From Polyangiales bacterium (GTDB lineage: Bacteria; Myxococcota_A; Polyangia; Polyangiales; Polyangiaceae): a stretch of 16,731 bases of DNA. Where the stretch lies: contig JBBRNJ010000129.1 of NCBI GenBank assembly GCA_038230375.1, positions 1 to 16,731 on the forward strand. The letters run 5' to 3'. Shown in pieces: positions 16,608 through 16,731 of the stretch. Every line of letters starts with the position of its first letter. Position 1 is the first letter of the stretch. Both the position numbers and the translations under genes were made by a program. The notes beneath the pieces were generated by a model, which made no database searches, was not told the origin of the DNA, and saw only the letters and a list, made by a program, of their open reading frames with translations.

Positions 16608-16731
16608 GGATCACACGTGGCTGTGATCGCGGATCACACGTGGCTGTGATCGAGGATCACACGTGGCTGTGATCGAGGATCACACGTGGCTGTGATCGAG
16701 GATCACACGTGGCTGTGATCGAGGATCACAC
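16606..16731. repeat. Tandem array of 23-bp unit GAGGATCACACGTGGCTGTGATC (5 full + 1 partial, runs off window)
   Basis: Units start at 16606, 16629, 16652, 16675, 16698 and 16721. There is a single A>C variant at 16630 and no spacers. Confidence 0.97.

Noticed and set aside
16606..16731. CRISPR array
   Set aside because: Units are directly adjacent with no unique spacers, and there are no cas genes in the window.

Overview
GC-rich bacterial chromosomal segment, probably Myxococcota (Polyangia-like). This is inferred from a MYXO-CTERM-like tail, many Gly-rich or Cys-rich lipoproteins and sigma54-type promoter candidates. It holds about 18 densely packed genes, nearly all on the + strand. In order: a 5'-truncated metallophosphoesterase, lipoproteins and membrane proteins, a divergent Lgt-family transferase, a small DUF465-like gene (-), a TPR lipoprotein, a Zn-ribbon protein, an alpha/beta-hydrolase and trmB (-). 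These are followed by a four-gene envelope/glycan-type cassette (flippase-like, two polytopic GT-C-like proteins, Gfo/Idh/MocA dehydrogenase) and a heme-c/copper type II monooxygenase fusion. The window ends in a short lipoprotein-like ORF whose stop codon overlaps a spacer-less tandem array of a 23-bp, doubly palindromic, GATC-rich unit that runs off the edge. I saw no rRNA, tRNA, CRISPR or transposase. All family calls are motif recognition by eye, not database hits. No clearly novel system can be proven from the sequence alone; the terminal array is the most unusual element.
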